Assembly (NCBI RefSeq): GCF_009914755.1 | Contig: NC_060936.1 | Strand: one strand, 5' to 3' | Length of the DNA: 64,000 nt | Source of the DNA: the human T2T-CHM13v2.0 reference genome, Homo sapiens | Shown here: in pieces, positions 1-14,605 of the stretch | How the letters are laid out: each line of letters begins with the position of its first letter | Position numbering within the stretch: the first letter of the stretch is position 1 | The notes under the pieces: model-generated | Seen by the model: the letters and a program-made list of their open reading frames with translations, nothing else | Told to the model about the DNA's origin: nothing | Databases searched by the model: none | Translations under genes and position numbers: made by a program

Positions 1-121
1 TAGTAGAGATGGGGTTTCACCACGTTGGCCAGGCTGTTCTCGAACTCCTGACCTCAGTGATCAGCCAGCCTCAACCTCCCAAAGTGCTGGGATTTCAGGC
101 ATAAGCCACCATGCCCAGCCC
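1..121 (-). mobile_element. AluS (left arm, cut by window edge)
   Basis: gttggccaggctg...ccaaagtgctggga...gccaccatgcccagcc. Confidence 0.95.
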
Positions 122-189
122 AGACATAGTTTTTGTATGGACAACATCAACACCATTTTCAACTCACTAGAGTTTTACTGTACTGCATA

Positions 190-315
190 GCTCTACCACT
201 TACTAGCTGTGTGACCTCGGACAGGTTCAGTTTCGTCACCTATAAAATGGAAATAGTAACGACCACATAGGATTGCTGTGAGGATTGAACAAAGCAGTGT
301 AAATAAAGTACCCAG
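190..315 (+). mobile_element. MIR
   Basis: Core ccacttactagctgtgtgacctcgg...tataaaatgg...gtgaggatt. Confidence 0.8.
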
Positions 316-1689
316 AGTGGTCTGAGTTCAAGAAGTGGTGGCTCTATTCCTTTATCTGGAATAGATGAGGAAGCTGAGTGATAGACAAGGACCAGTAGGA
401 ATCCCACAGTAACATGAAACAAATTATTATTATTATTATTATTATTATATTATATATATATTTTTTTACAGCACTTATAATCCTACCTTAAAATCATCAA
501 CCTGCTTATTGCTATGCTGTGAACTCCTTTGAGTAGGGGATTTACTTTTACAATCATGGGTATTATTACCTCAAATTTCACAGATACTAAAACTGAATCT
601 CTGTAAAACTGAATCTCAGTTACAAATCTGTCTAAGGCTATCAAAAGCTAATAAGAATCAGAGACAGGATTCTAACTTAGGTCTGCCTGAAACAAAAGAC
701 CATCCTTTTCCCAATGTCGCCACACTGCTTCAATAGAGGGGGTTTGCACAACACACAATCATTAGTGGAAAGGAGAGAAAACTGGGACCTGACCATTATA
801 AACTAATCTTCATGCAACTCAAACCTATACCTAACTTTCTACCACAATAATGATGCAGACACTTGACATACTTTTGGTTTTTTATTTAAGCTATGGGCTA
901 TCATACCTGAGTTTTTATGAAGAAATTCATTGACATTAAATGGTCTATTATGACTCAATTTGTCAATGGAAAATAAAAATTAAAACCCCCAGATGCTTAG
1001 ATTTAATAGTCCAAAGATGACCAAATTATCTTCATTTGCTTCTAAGACAAATTATTCAGACATATAATTTCCTCACAAATTACTTGCTTGTCTAACTCTC
1101 CTTGGGTTATGTCTACCTCATCAACTTCACTACTTTCTTCCATAAATCTTGCCTGAACAAAGATTCAATTTGGATAAACAAAGAAAATGCAATTCAATTC
1201 CACAAAATGTGATTGTTTAATTTTGAACTGATTTTGGAGCATTATACTCAGGACTCTTCCAATTTTGCAGTAAATGAGTTACTGACATTTACAAACATCT
1301 AGAATAAAAGAAACCATTCCTTCCATCACTGTTTGTCAATTTTATTGTTGAATCTGCTTTGGGACACTTCAATCATGAAAGTAATCATGTAAAACTATAT
1401 TGAATTCTATTAGTAATAATACCTTAGAGGAGGTTCATTTATGATAACTGAAATTTTCTCTGACTCAGTCTCATCAGCCATGTATTTTGCCTTAAGGTAT
1501 TTTAAAAATCAAGAAGTCAAAGCTTTAGAAGTGTACTCCTAAGGCCTTAACTGAACCCCATTATATTTTGAAACATAATTTTTATGAAATACAATATTGA
1601 TACGCAAATCAGTCAGAATTTTTGTGTAAACATTGTTTAAAGTTTCTATATCAGTTGAATATCAATGCCTTATGAGAAAATCAGGAAGG

Positions 1690-1790
1690 AATATATACAT
1701 ATATATACACACACGCATATATATATATAAACACATACACATATATACAGATACATAGATACACACATACACTTATATTCATATATATTT
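1690..1790. repeat. (TA)n/(CA)n compound microsatellite
   Basis: Visible dinucleotide run. Confidence 0.9.
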
Positions 1791-3632
1791 AACAGATGTA
1801 GACATCTACATGTATCTATTTATAAGCACTGACAAGAACAAGTATACATATAAACAGTAGATCCAAAAGGACTCCTCAATCTTAAGACATCCCTCCTCTC
1901 CTATCCTGCAGGGCAAAATACAATGGGCAAAAGTCGGAAACCACCATCTCTATCTCAGTGACTTCTTATGGAGCCCTGTGGTAGAATGACCAGGAACTTA
2001 GAGCCAATGGTAAGAACCAAGATAGTACAGAGCTTCTGTACTATACCAGGGACTTTGAAATTTCAGAAAATGTATGCTAAATTTGTCCTTTATATAATTC
2101 ATGGACTTTGGATTTCTACATTTGAGATTGCCATATGACATTCAGAGATGCTTTCACAGAAATTGTAATTCAGCTTAGAGACAGCCTACAAATATGAAAC
2201 ATATGCAATGCCAGGTTCACAGCTTGTAAAAGAACAGAAGAATAGCTATGTGAAAAATTAGTTTATCTCAGGGGTCAAAAGTGATAACTCAAGCTCAGCC
2301 CAACAGACATTGCAGAGGTGGGAATGAATACCATTTATAATATGTACTATTCATACATCCACTGCATACAGAAATAGCTTAGAAAGGTTATGCATTTGTG
2401 TGCAGATCTACTGAATGATTTGGGTACTGATTTTAAGCACAGCCTGCCTTCACATTTCTCCACTGTATAACTATAGCCTTTATTGGCTTCTCTTTTGCTT
2501 AAGACAAGCTTAACAAAAAACATTTGACATTTATCGTGATAGAATAAATAACACATAATGGCTATTATGAATACAATAAGGGTCAGATGTTTACTTTTTT
2601 AACAATTAGGGATGTATTGCTCAAAATAAGTAAAAGCATTTGTGCATTACCTGAATATCATCACATTTATGTAAACAGAGATCATAAGCCTGAAATATGT
2701 AAGTACCACTGATGCCACTCCTGTCAGCATCTTCCCTCTAGGAGATGATTTCAAATGACATTTTTTCTTTCCAAGTATGAGAGACATTAGCTAAAAATCT
2801 ACTAGGTCAAAAAATTCTTTTTGTTAGACTAAGTAGAAAGCTTTGCCATTATTGTCAAATATCTACAAACCTAATTGAAAAAAGATGTTAAATTTAGTGG
2901 AGAAAGACCAGAAAGCCTTAAGCAACTTGCATAATTAGACCATCTTTTCCCATTGCCTTTACCTTTATTATTTTGATCCTAGGAATTCCTTTTTGCATTT
3001 CATACTTGTGCATAATTAAGATGAAATATAATGCAAAGGCTGAACTCTCATTCTGTAAGCCCTCAGAAACATTTGAGGAATAGCTGTTCTATGACTAGTG
3101 TCTATAAAAATTAAAGATTGATGTATAGCCACTAAATGATCTCTTCTCATTTAGACTGAATTATGTAAACCTATTATAAATTTTATAAATACAAAGAAGG
3201 CATACATTTACCACATTTATCTTTTCTGCCATCAGCAAAGATAAGCTGGTTGGAAATGTGAGAGAAGGCAATTCTTTATTTTTCTTCTACGGTTTATACC
3301 AACAGAGTGCATATATGTATTACACAACATTCACACAATGCCTAATGTTTCTAGGCTTATCTCAAGCTAGTCTTGCTGCAAACAGTTTGAACATAAGAAT
3401 GAGAGTTCTTTTTGTAGAGAGAGAACATGGCAAGTGGAAGCAGACAGGTTTTATATCATAAAATATTTGAAACTTGGTTCCTCCATTTATTTTGGTCAAG
3501 TTACATAAATCTCTAAGCTTCAATTTTTTTCATCTCTCAAATAGGAATACTAATATATTTTTTTCAAACTTGTGCAAATTAACCAATATAATGCATATAA
3601 TGACCTTGGTCTACAGCATAGGCTGAAAAAAC

Positions 3633-4272
3633 ACAGCCATGTGTTGCTTAGTGATGAAGATACTTTCTGAGAAGTGTATCATTAGGTGATTTCTTCCTTG
3701 TGCAAACATCAGAGTGTACTTACACAATCCCAGATGGTATGGTCTACTACACACCTAGGCTATATATTACAGCCTATTGCTCCTAGGCTATAAACCTATA
3801 CAGCATGTGACTGTGCAGAATACTGTAGGCAACTGTAACACAATAGTATCTGTGTATCTCATATCTAGGCTGGGTTCAGTGGTTCTGTGTGTAATTCCAG
3901 CACTTTGGGAGGCCTAGGTGGGAGGAATGCTTGAGCCCAGGAGTTCCAGACAAGCCTGGGTAACATAGGGGGACCCTGAGTTTAAAAAGTTTTTCAAGTG
4001 CCTGTAGTCTCAGCTACTTGGGAAGCTGTGGTGGGAGGATCACTTGAGCCTGGGAGGTTGAGGCTGCAGTGAGTCATGACTGCCACTGCACTCCAGCCTC
4101 AGTGACAGAGTGAGACCCTGTTCAAAACAAACAAACCACAAAACAAAAATAAAAAAAATTTAAATATCTAAATATAGAAAAGGTACAAATATGACACTAT
4201 AATCTTATGGAGCCACCATCATATAAGCAATTTGTTGCTGACAGAAACCTTGTTATGCAGCATACCACTGTA
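3633..4272 (-). mobile_element. Tigger3-type (TcMar) DNA transposon split by an AluJ
   Basis: ctactacacacctaggctatat...aatcttatgg..ccacc...gttatgcagca..ccactgta matches the Tigger3/MER7 family. Confidence 0.8.
3868..4160 (+). mobile_element. AluJ
   Basis: ggaggatcacttgagcc J diagnostics; A-rich tail; nested in Tigger. Confidence 0.9.
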
Positions 4273-5494
4273 TGATCTTCTCCATGCCACTTTGGCCTGG
4301 TGCGATTCCATGGACCCCTAGGGAATTTGATAAACATTAATCGATCAAACAAAATTTTGTAGAAAAAACTCATGCAAATGAAGATTTTTAAAAGAATGTT
4401 CTTCTTCATATGTTTCTATTCAATTACCGGGGAAAGACAGCATCCAAACAACAGAGAATCAGAACACTGCTGTTCACATGTAATGATTTGAATTAATTAG
4501 AGCTGAGTTCTGCAGGGCTAAAAATGGCTCCTTAAAAGCATAGTTAAATAATCCCCTAAATACACAAGAAACCTATTAAGTATAAAACTTATCTTTAAAA
4601 TATAATATGGTAAATCCTCCCAGAGGCATAACTTAGTCCCCTAAACCAGACACATCAGGTGGGCACATGCCAATTCTTTCATAGCACGAGGATATCATTT
4701 ATTAAATTACCACTTTAATAGGGCCCTAGTGGCCCTAGAACTAATGCTCCTTATAAAGGTTTAAGTTAGAATGAGGGGGAAGATTTGCTCACCTGATCCT
4801 TTATGCATAATTACCACTAACTGCACAAATCTGGCTTGTATTTATTCCATTAAGTACCTCCAATGATGTCATTTTGTCTGCACCCCAAATCTGAGATGTA
4901 CTTTCTGTCTAGGCATAGAAAGGTTCCTGTATGTTACAGTTCAGTTCAGAATTTTAATTAAATAAAATGAGAAACAATTGAAAAACAAGGCATCTACAAT
5001 CTTTACATAATAAGTAAGCACTGGTATCCTTGCTTTACATGATAAATGATGACAAAGGACAGGGTAGTATCATTATCCAGTTTGGCAACAACTATGAAAA
5101 AAAAGAACTTTCCGATTTCTGTCTTTAAAATTTTATTTAAAAAGTGAAATACGGCAAAAGATGATTACTCTTGGGTATTACAAATCATCTCCCAGCTAGG
5201 AAGAGAGTTCTGTTTGGAGAGCTGGCCAGGGCAAATCGATTTGTTCTTTCCCTGAATCACTATTAGGGTGCAGTCACTTTTTATTCGACTTAGGTTTCTT
5301 CTGTGCAAGGATGAAATAAAATGCTTTTGCATCCTGGAGTTTAAAACACTTAAAACACAGTATTAGGTACCATCCACTTCTGGTCAGAAGGTCCACTTGG
5401 AAATCATGTTTGAAGACACATCAGCATTAATGCTATTTTAAAGCATTCACTGATCTTTTCATTCTTGACATTTCAGCAGTATTACAGGAATCTT

Positions 5495-6670
5495 CCACTT
5501 GGCTTTGAATACACCATGTGGTTCTGGCTTCCCACCTGCCTCACTGACCACACCTTCTCAACCTCTGTTGGTGCCTCCTTCCCTTTCTCCTCTTCCTTTT
5601 TCAGACCTATAAATAAGGATATGCCCTAGGATTCAGCCCCCTTCTTTTATTTATGCCCCTTCTTTCCTTGCTATCACATCTACTTCCATGCCTTTAAATG
5701 CTAAAAGCTCTCATGTTTATATCTGCAGCCATGACCTCCCCACTGAACTCCAGACTCAGGACATACAGCCGTCTATCTGGCATCTCTGCTTGAACATCTA
5801 AAAGGCATTTTAATCTTAACATGTCCCAAACAGAACTATTGATTTCCCAACAGCCCTCCCCCACACCATAGCATCCTCATCTCATCAGATAATCACACCA
5901 AAAACATCTGGATCCTCTCTTGCCCTTACATTCTGCCCTAAGCCCATATGCAAGTTCTGTATGCTCTTCCTTAGAATGTATTGCAAATCCATTCCTTCTC
6001 ACCACTTACACTGTTACCACCCTGGTCGATGCCACCATCACCTCTTGCCTGCACCATTCGAGACAACCCCTGAAACTTATCTATCTACTATGCATGCATG
6101 ACTGCTGAAGTTACCTTTTAAAAATTAAAGAAAATCACAGTACTTCCCAGCTTAAAGTTCCCCAGGGGCTTCCATTATACTTAGAATAATATCCAGATAC
6201 CTGACCATGGTCTACAAGGCCGTCTGTAATCCGACCCCAACCCATCATCTTCACCTTGTCTTGTATCTTTCTCCTCTTCATTCACTGCTTTCCTCCCACT
6301 CCTTCAACGTGTCAAGCTCATTCTCACCTTAGAACTTTGACTAAACCTTGCTACTCCTTCTGCCTGGAATATTATTCCCTTATGCCTTGGCATGACCAGC
6401 CTCTTCTCAATTATTCTAATCTTACTTAAATGTTATCTCTTAACCTTGATCATCCTTTTCCAAGCTGCTTCTCCTTTCCCAAGTTCCTATCCATTAACTT
6501 ATTTTCTTCTCAACACTTAGAACTATCTGAAATGTCTATGTATTTACCTGTTTAATGTCTGTCTCCCTTACTAGAGTATAAACTCCATAAGAGCAGGAGT
6601 CTTGTATATTGTCTATGTGTCTTGGCACATAGTTGATATTCAGTAAGTATTGGCTGAATATTTTGAATGC
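5495..6670 (+). mobile_element. L2 3' portion
   Basis: ctgaactccagactc, catgtcccaaacagaac, ggcacatag...gtattggctgaat 3' end. Confidence 0.8.
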
Positions 6671-7129
6671 ATTTCTAACCTGCATACACATATAATGATG
6701 TACAGAAATCCTATAAAATAAGCCAAACAAGTAAGATCCTTTATAGTAATTTAAATAATAAAATCATGTTTTTTGTCATAGAGTTCAAGGACTGGGAAGG
6801 GTCTTAGAAGTTATAGTGCAACCCTCTTTTTTACAATGTTCTGACGCTCAGAGGAGGGGAGCCACTAGCAGTTCACAAAGCAAGAGAGAGGTGGAGTCAG
6901 GCTGACCAGATCCCCACTGCAGCTTCAAGTAGAGCTGGCTGCTCCTTATCGTATATTATACCTGGGTGGCTGTTAGAACTCACTGATTATACAGTACAAA
7001 GTAACTCCATTTCAGCACCAAAGTGTATATCCACTCTACATAGCAAGTAAAAATAGGACTTTGAATCATAAATTTCATCTACCTTAAATGAATACACTAG
7101 TGTTCCTAATAAATGGCAAACTTTTAAAA

Positions 7130-7435
<306 letters not shown>

Positions 7436-8572
7436 TAAATGGCAAACTTTGAATTAACCACGATGCCTGCATTCAAACGTAGAAGGCCTTTTTGGGGACA
7501 ATTAAATGATACATATCTCTTAAAAATATATTCAGGAAAGTTTTAACTGATGCTTACAGTTTCTCTTCATAAACATCCCTAAATATCACTTCCAGAGAAT
7601 CTGTATAGCTGTGTCTTATTATCTGAATGGCTTTAACTAAGGGATATAATGATGTACATAATGCAGCCCCCTTGAGTACCTAGGGCATTCCTGAAAATCA
7701 AGAGAGGCCTGGGCCACAATAAATTTTTGGGATTCTTGGTATTCTTTTTTTTAAATAAAAAAATACTGAAATGGTGTTACTAAAATGACAAAATAACTAA
7801 AACATTTGTATTTAACAAATTAACATGTTAACCCCAAAAACAGTATTTTATAATTATAGGCTGTTTAAAAAATGCTTAGTCTTAGTGCACTAGAGCCTCT
7901 GTGATCTACTGCAGGAACACATATTATACAATTGTACTCCTCATACTTCTGTGAGTCTCTGTGACATGTGCATGCAAATAATGGTAACAGTCTAAGTTTG
8001 AGGCTTTTGAAGGGGAGACCTGGTCAAGTGGCCCTCAACACTCATGACAGGCCTTATGTATCTCTTTGTTTTTGTTTTTTACCTCCATCCAGCTGCAAGC
8101 AAGCAGTGTGGGGAGAGGATGGTGGGGGATGGGGAGATCTTAGCCTCCAAAAGCCAGCAAAAACTAAGTATACAAAAGGTGAGGGAGGGACAGAACCTTC
8201 TCAGTCTCAGAACTTTAAAGCCAACCTAAGCAAAACCAACTGATAACTGATGGGACCTCCTTCATCTTCTCTGAGCACTGCCTCTCTGTTCCTCAGGGAA
8301 AACCAAGTAGCTGTTTGAGATTCACAGTGACTGTGGCTTAGCCCAGAACAAGGACCACCTGCTGTGACCACAGCCAAATCCTGACATGCATCTTCCAGAT
8401 GTGAACGGAAACCAAATCAAAATACCCATCTACTAGAATAAATCACAAGGGCCTCGGGCGTGCAGATGCATGCTCTGAAAGGTCTATCTGTTCCTGAGAG
8501 GGAAGGCACAGGAGAAAGGAAACAAAGGTTGTTTCCCTAAGAGTTAGGGAGCAACTTGACAAGCAACAGACG

Positions 8573-8574
<2 letters not shown>

Positions 8575-8618
<44 letters not shown>
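8575..8618. repeat. (TG)n microsatellite
   Basis: About 21 TG units. Confidence 0.97.
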
Positions 8619-8619
<1 letters not shown>

Positions 8620-9194
8620 TGCACGTGTGTAGATGGGGGAGGTGAAGAGAGTTATAACTGTAGGTCCCTTTCCATTTCAGAAAATAACCTCTGTGTTGGG
8701 ACCAAGAGACAACTTTGCTTTAATTATTCAAAAAGAATCCATCTCAGGTCTGCCTGTTTCCTCCACACAGCCAACAAGAAAAAAAAAAAAAAAAAAAAAG
8801 ATGCTTGCAAGTTACTGCAATGGTGGTCTTATTAGTCTTCTTTAGTGACATTATCCATCTAATAGGCTTTAGTTCTTAATTGTTTTTACAAGAATGATGT
8901 TTAATCAAAGCTAATGATATCAGCGAACTTGAATCACCACATGAACTAATTTAGCAATATGAATGCTTCATCACATTCTCTCTTTATTTCTCTCAATATT
9001 AATTAGAACCACTTTCCAAAGAAAGTGGAAGTTCCAGGGATGATCTGAATATCCCACTTTACTACCCACAGTGGACATATTCCAAGAGTCTGGCCACAGA
9101 GAGACTGGCTTTGATTAGAGCTCAGTTTTTAAGATATTCCAAATCTGGGATATTAACTTATTCTTGATTTTAACACATCATAACCAAAAAACAT

Positions 9195-9975
9195 TATAAA
9201 ATGGGCTTATGTTATTAACAGAAATTCACAGAAAAAGAAATACTACTGGCTCATGAAAGAAAAGATGTTCAACTTCACTCATAAGAAATGCATATTAAAG
9301 CCACAGGAAATATAATCTTTTTCACTTCTTAGATTAGCAAAAACTTGCAAGTTGATCAACATACATGCTTTTCAGGCTGTGGGGAAACTTACTCTCATAC
9401 ATTTCAGGTGGGAATATGATCTGATATAACCTTTAAAGAGGACAACTTGGCAGTATTTATCAACATTATACATGCATATACCATTTGACCCAGAATTCTA
9501 CTACTGTGATTTATCTTACAGATATGTCTTCCCATGTACATAATAAATATATTCGTTATAGCAATTTCATAATAACACAATATTTGAAATAGCTCAAAAC
9601 TTCAAACAGACTGGAAACAACTCAAATGTTTCTAAATAAAGAATTGGCTAAATAGAGTAGTACAACAACAAGAAATCAGTAGGTGTAGTGACAGGCACCT
9701 GTTGTGCCAACATGCAAAGATCTCCAAGATATATTTTCAGTGGAAGCAGCGAAGTGCAGAGCAGTGTGCATATGCTATATTTTGTTTTAAAAACAGAAAA
9801 TTACGAATATAAATTTATAGTTGCTTCTATTTGCATAAAGAACATCTGGAAGAATTCTAAGAAACCAATAAAAGTGGTTTTCATTTTGTGTACGAAGTAG
9901 AAACTGGCTGGTGGGGGATATGGAGGAGAGTGAATCTTTTCACCATATATCTTCTCATATGTTTTGAGCTTTGAA
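9195..9975 (+). mobile_element. Old L1M (ORF2 end/3' UTR fragment)
   Basis: aaagatgttcaacttcactc, ccatttgacccagaattc, ctggaaacaactcaaatg. Confidence 0.75.
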
Positions 9976-12574
9976 TCATAAGGCTGTACTAGAAACTACC
10001 TGCTTTGAATCTATCTATTAAAAAAAAGTAAAAATAAAGCATGATTGATTAGGATGTCATAATTTCTGAATTTTCCAAAAACATATTGCATATATATTAC
10101 TGAATATACTTAAAATATCTTTTGCAACTTTCTTTGCCAACAAAGTCTAGTAAATATAAAAAGATTAACATTGAAAGACATTTTATTAATACATGTGCAT
10201 AATGAAATGTTTATTTATCAATATCCACTAATGCATGTTGTGAATGAACTTTCCTTCACTTCATACTTGTAAAACAATTAGGAATTAAAGCTTATTGGAT
10301 GGAGACTGCTGAAAAAAGGCAAGCACCATCATCATCTATAGTAAAAACAAAAAATGAGATGTTCAGTAGCTATCACGTCATCTTGGTAGGATAAATAAAG
10401 AATATATTTATTTATCGTAGGTTTTGAATACTGAGAAATTCGAACTCGTATTATTCTGTTTCAAAAAAGGATGTTCAGGCAGATATGAACCGAAGCAAAT
10501 ACTCAGATAAAAGTGTAAACAACGTTTCCTTCAAGCTTTGTTGTTGTTGTTACAGTTGTTTGAGGTCTTCTTTGTGCAATTAAAAATGAAAGAAAGAACC
10601 CAAGGAATGAAGATCAAGATAAGACAAAATAAGATAAACTAGAACATATACATTAAAGTCAAAGTAAACCCTGTGAATAGAGAAATAGTTTGGGATCCAT
10701 AGGGTGAGCAGCAAGCAGCACTAAAATATGAGTGCTATTTCTCTTTTAAAACAGAGTACAAAGCCTATAAAAGGTACTTTTGGATGGGCACATTATGTTC
10801 ATAATTCATAATTTTAAAATGACCCATGAGAACCAGGTACTAGACCATAGGGCCTAATGAGTATTCTAGAGTAGAAAAAATGAACATAAGGAAAGAGAGC
10901 CATTACGGGTAGATTTCCTTGCCCTCCACAAATCAACCACACTTAGGGACTATTTTCTTTCCTCTTAGTGGCACCTTTGACAAAAATAGCAGCCCACAAA
11001 ATTTGCACTAAAGGCCCACTTCAAAAATTAGAGCAGTAAGGTTCCAGTGTTGCCATGTGCCAGAAGTAAAAGAAAAAAGGGCCATACATGAACATGGAAA
11101 TAAAATCAATGAGGGTTACACAATGGCCAATTTATTAAACTTTTTAATTTTTATCTGCTTTGTGCAAGAAAACCAAAAGGAGGAAATAAAAAGATTTGAG
11201 GGCAATTATGAAGCAAAAACCTTCTAAAAGTGGTTGCAAAAAACAGATGACTAGATATTATCCATCTAATTTTATTGTCCAGTGAAAGAGCAACATCCAA
11301 AGGAAATTCTGCATGTACAGAGGGTTAAAAAGGGTAAGATTTTAAAATACCAGTTACTATTATATTGTTTTTAATTGTTAAAGGGGAAGTAAAAGTAATT
11401 GATCCTTTGGGGTTGAACTTACTGCCTCTTAAAAACCTCTAGTAGCAACAACTCTTCTTTAGAAAACATTTCATAATTTCAGTGAGACTTTACATCCATT
11501 ACTTCATTTGATGAGTCGCTATCATCCATATAATACAGATAATATATGGAGATCAAAGCTCAGAGGCATTAAGCTACCTGCTCAAGTTTACATAGGTAGA
11601 AAGTAGTGGAGCAGAGATTCAAACTCAGTTCATGACTTCACAAATTGTGTGCTCCACACATCCTGAAGAATATGAATATGTGCAAGTAACGGTACCCTGG
11701 CAGTCTTAGATTAAAATGAGTCATTCAATTCCTCTCAAGAGTGACTAGCTAGGGCCTAAAGGTATTTTGATGATTTCTGCCAATGATCTGCTGAGGGAGC
11801 TCTCAAAATTAGGTTCAATGTTAGTTATGAAGACACATGGATGCAATGCCACCATCCAGGACCTTTGATTCCCTGTACCCAAAAGGACAATATAATTTTC
11901 AGCCATGAGTGGAGCAATGAATTGATTTTCCTTTGATTCACATTCCTGAGTAGGCTGCTTTAGAACCATGGGAAAGCTTCCACTCTCACCTTCTGGACAT
12001 TCTACTTCATTATCAGGCTGATGTTAACAATAAGAGATGTTCAAAGAACAATAAACATGGCTAAGAAGCTGGTGGGATTGATTTTACACTCCAGGTAATA
12101 GCTCTCTGAGGATACTGTGCCTTTACAAAGCTGCTGATCAGTGCATTCTTTCTCTTTCTTTTTCTTTTTTTTCTTTTTCTTTATTTCTCCTTCCTGCCTT
12201 CCTTCCTTCCTTTTCTCCCTCTCGCTCTCTTTCTCTTCTTATGACACTCTTCCCACCCCTCACCCCCCCAACCCCTCCCCCCCAGACTTTTAATGGCCAG
12301 GGGAGGAGGGGGAAGAGTGGTGCATAAGCTGCTTCTTCCTCATCATAAATTAAGGGTTGGTTGTAGAAATTCTTTTGAAGACTGGAGGCTGCAGCATGAT
12401 GATTCACTTTTCCTGCCCAAACTTCCCTAATTCACTCAGGTTTAGACTCTTCCAAATCCCAGAGGCAAAAGATAATGAATAAATTAAGTTTTCAGAAATT
12501 ACTGTATTTAGAAAAGTTTTAACATATTTTTGGAAAAGCATTTTATAAATTGCAAAGCAGAGCGATTTCATTTA

Positions 12575-13657
12575 CATTTTTTATATTATGGTAAAATAGA
12601 CATAACACAAATTGTTCATTTTAACAATTTTTAAGTATACAGTTCAACAACATTAAGTACATTCACAGTGTTGTGCACCCATCACCCCTATTATCTTCAG
12701 AACTTTTTTTTATCATCCCAAACTGAAACTTTGTACTAATTAAACAATAACTTCCCATTGTCCCCCCACAGTTCCTGGTAACCTCTATTCTACTTTCTGT
12801 CTCTATGAATTTGCCTATTCTAGGCAACTCACATAGGGCAGTGACATAATGTGTGTCCTTTTGTATCTGGCCTTTTCACTTAGCATAATGTCTTCCAAGT
12901 GTATCCACATTTCAAGATGTATCAAACTGCATTACCTTTTATTGCTGAATAATATTCCCTTGTATGTATACATTTTGTTTATTCATCTGTTGATGGACAT
13001 TTGGCTCGTGTCCACCTTTTGGCTATTGTGAATAATGCTGCTCTGAACAGTGAGGTACAAGTATCTGTTTGAGTCCCTGCTTTCAATTCTTTGGGGTATA
13101 TATGTAGGCGTGGAATTGTGGATCATATGTTAATTCTATGTTTAAGTTTTTGAGGAATCCCCAAACTGTTTTCCACAGCAGCTACACTATTTTATATTCC
13201 CTCTAGTAATGCAAAAGGGTTACAGTTTCTCCACATTCCTGCTAATACTTGCTATTTTCTGTTTTTTAATAGCCATCCTAATGGATATAAAGTGCTATCT
13301 TACTATGGTTTTGATTTGCATCTCCCTAATGTCTAGTATTGCTGAGTATCTTTTCTTGTGCTTATGGCCCATTTGTGTATCTTCTTTCGACAAAGGTCTT
13401 TTCCAGTCCTTTGCCCATCTTTGAGTTAGGTTGTTTGTTTTTGCTTTTGCTGTTGAGTTGTAAAATTCTTTATATATTTTGGATATTCTTTGTCAGATAT
13501 ATGATCTGCAAATATTTTCTCCCATTCCATGGGTTGCCTTTTCATTCTGTCAATAATGTACTTTGATGTACAAAAGGTTTTAATTTGGAGAAGTCCAGTT
13601 TATCCTTTTTTTTCTTCTGGTGGCTGTGCTTTTGGTGTCATATCCAAGAAATCACTG
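12575..13657 (-). mobile_element. L1MB-type 3' region
   Basis: tacattcacagtgttgtgca, gtccaccttttggctattgtgaataatgctgc, gtcatatccaagaaatca. Confidence 0.9.
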
Positions 13658-13774
13658 TACTGATTCCACTTTGATTAACCTATAATACAATTAATTTCTA
13701 AGCAGAACCCTTGAGTTATGCTACAAGTCACTTTTGCCCCAAATAAATTCCAAACAAATACAATGTGATGGAGG

Positions 13775-14065
13775 AGGGAGAGGAAGTGGGGATGGGTAAT
13801 GGGTACAAAAATATAGATAGAATGAATAAGATCTAATAAGATCTAGTATTTGATAGCACAACAGGGTGGCTACAGTCAACAATAATTTATTGTGCATTTA
13901 AAAATAAGGAAATATATTTGGATTGTTTGCAACACAAAAAAAGATAATTGAGATGCTGGATACCCCATTTACCCTAATGTAATTATTATACATGATATAC
14001 CTGTATTAAAACATCTCATATACCCCATGAATACATACTATGTACCCATTAAAACCAAAAAATAT
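13775..14065 (+). mobile_element. L1MA 3' end
   Basis: tttgatagcacaacagggtg..tacagtcaacaataatttattg, ataccccatttaccct. Confidence 0.85.
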
Positions 14066-14129
14066 ATATACAATGTGAGAGGCTAAAGAGCAAGCATGCC
14101 AGGCAACTGAATACTGTTTCCAATTGATC

Positions 14130-14605
14130 TTAAGGTCCAGACAACATGGCACATGGTTTTCTCTGTTACCTGGTCCCTGCCTACTTTTTTAGTTTCATTT
14201 CCCCCTTGCCATCTAACTTCAATGATCTGGAATTCTCTGTCTCTAAAATACTCTTCATTTTCCCTATACCTGCCTTACTCATACTCATCCTTCTAGTCTC
14301 AACCCAGTCATCCCCTCTTTCGGGATGTTTCACATGATCTGTTCCTATTTCCACCTACTATTCATGCAGTGAAAGGGTTGATGTGCTAGTTTGAGCTCCT
14401 GCGGCACCCCATATGTTGTTTACTACAAGATTTACTATACAGAATTACTGTTTACTTAGCTGTCTCCCCCTCTATATTATGAATTCCATGAGGACATTGA
14501 GCATGATTTTAGTTTATTTTTATTACTATATCCTCAGTATCTAGAATACTTCCTGATGAACAGTAGATGCTCAGTAGGTAACTGCCGAATGAATGAATGA
14601 ATGAA
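14130..14605 (+). mobile_element. L2 fragment
   Basis: cagtagatgctcag...(gaat)n tail. Confidence 0.65.

Noticed and set aside
10420-10515. Plus-strand acceptor-like site followed by a short CpG-containing frame
   Set aside because: Stops in all frames, no clear donor, no recognisable homology.
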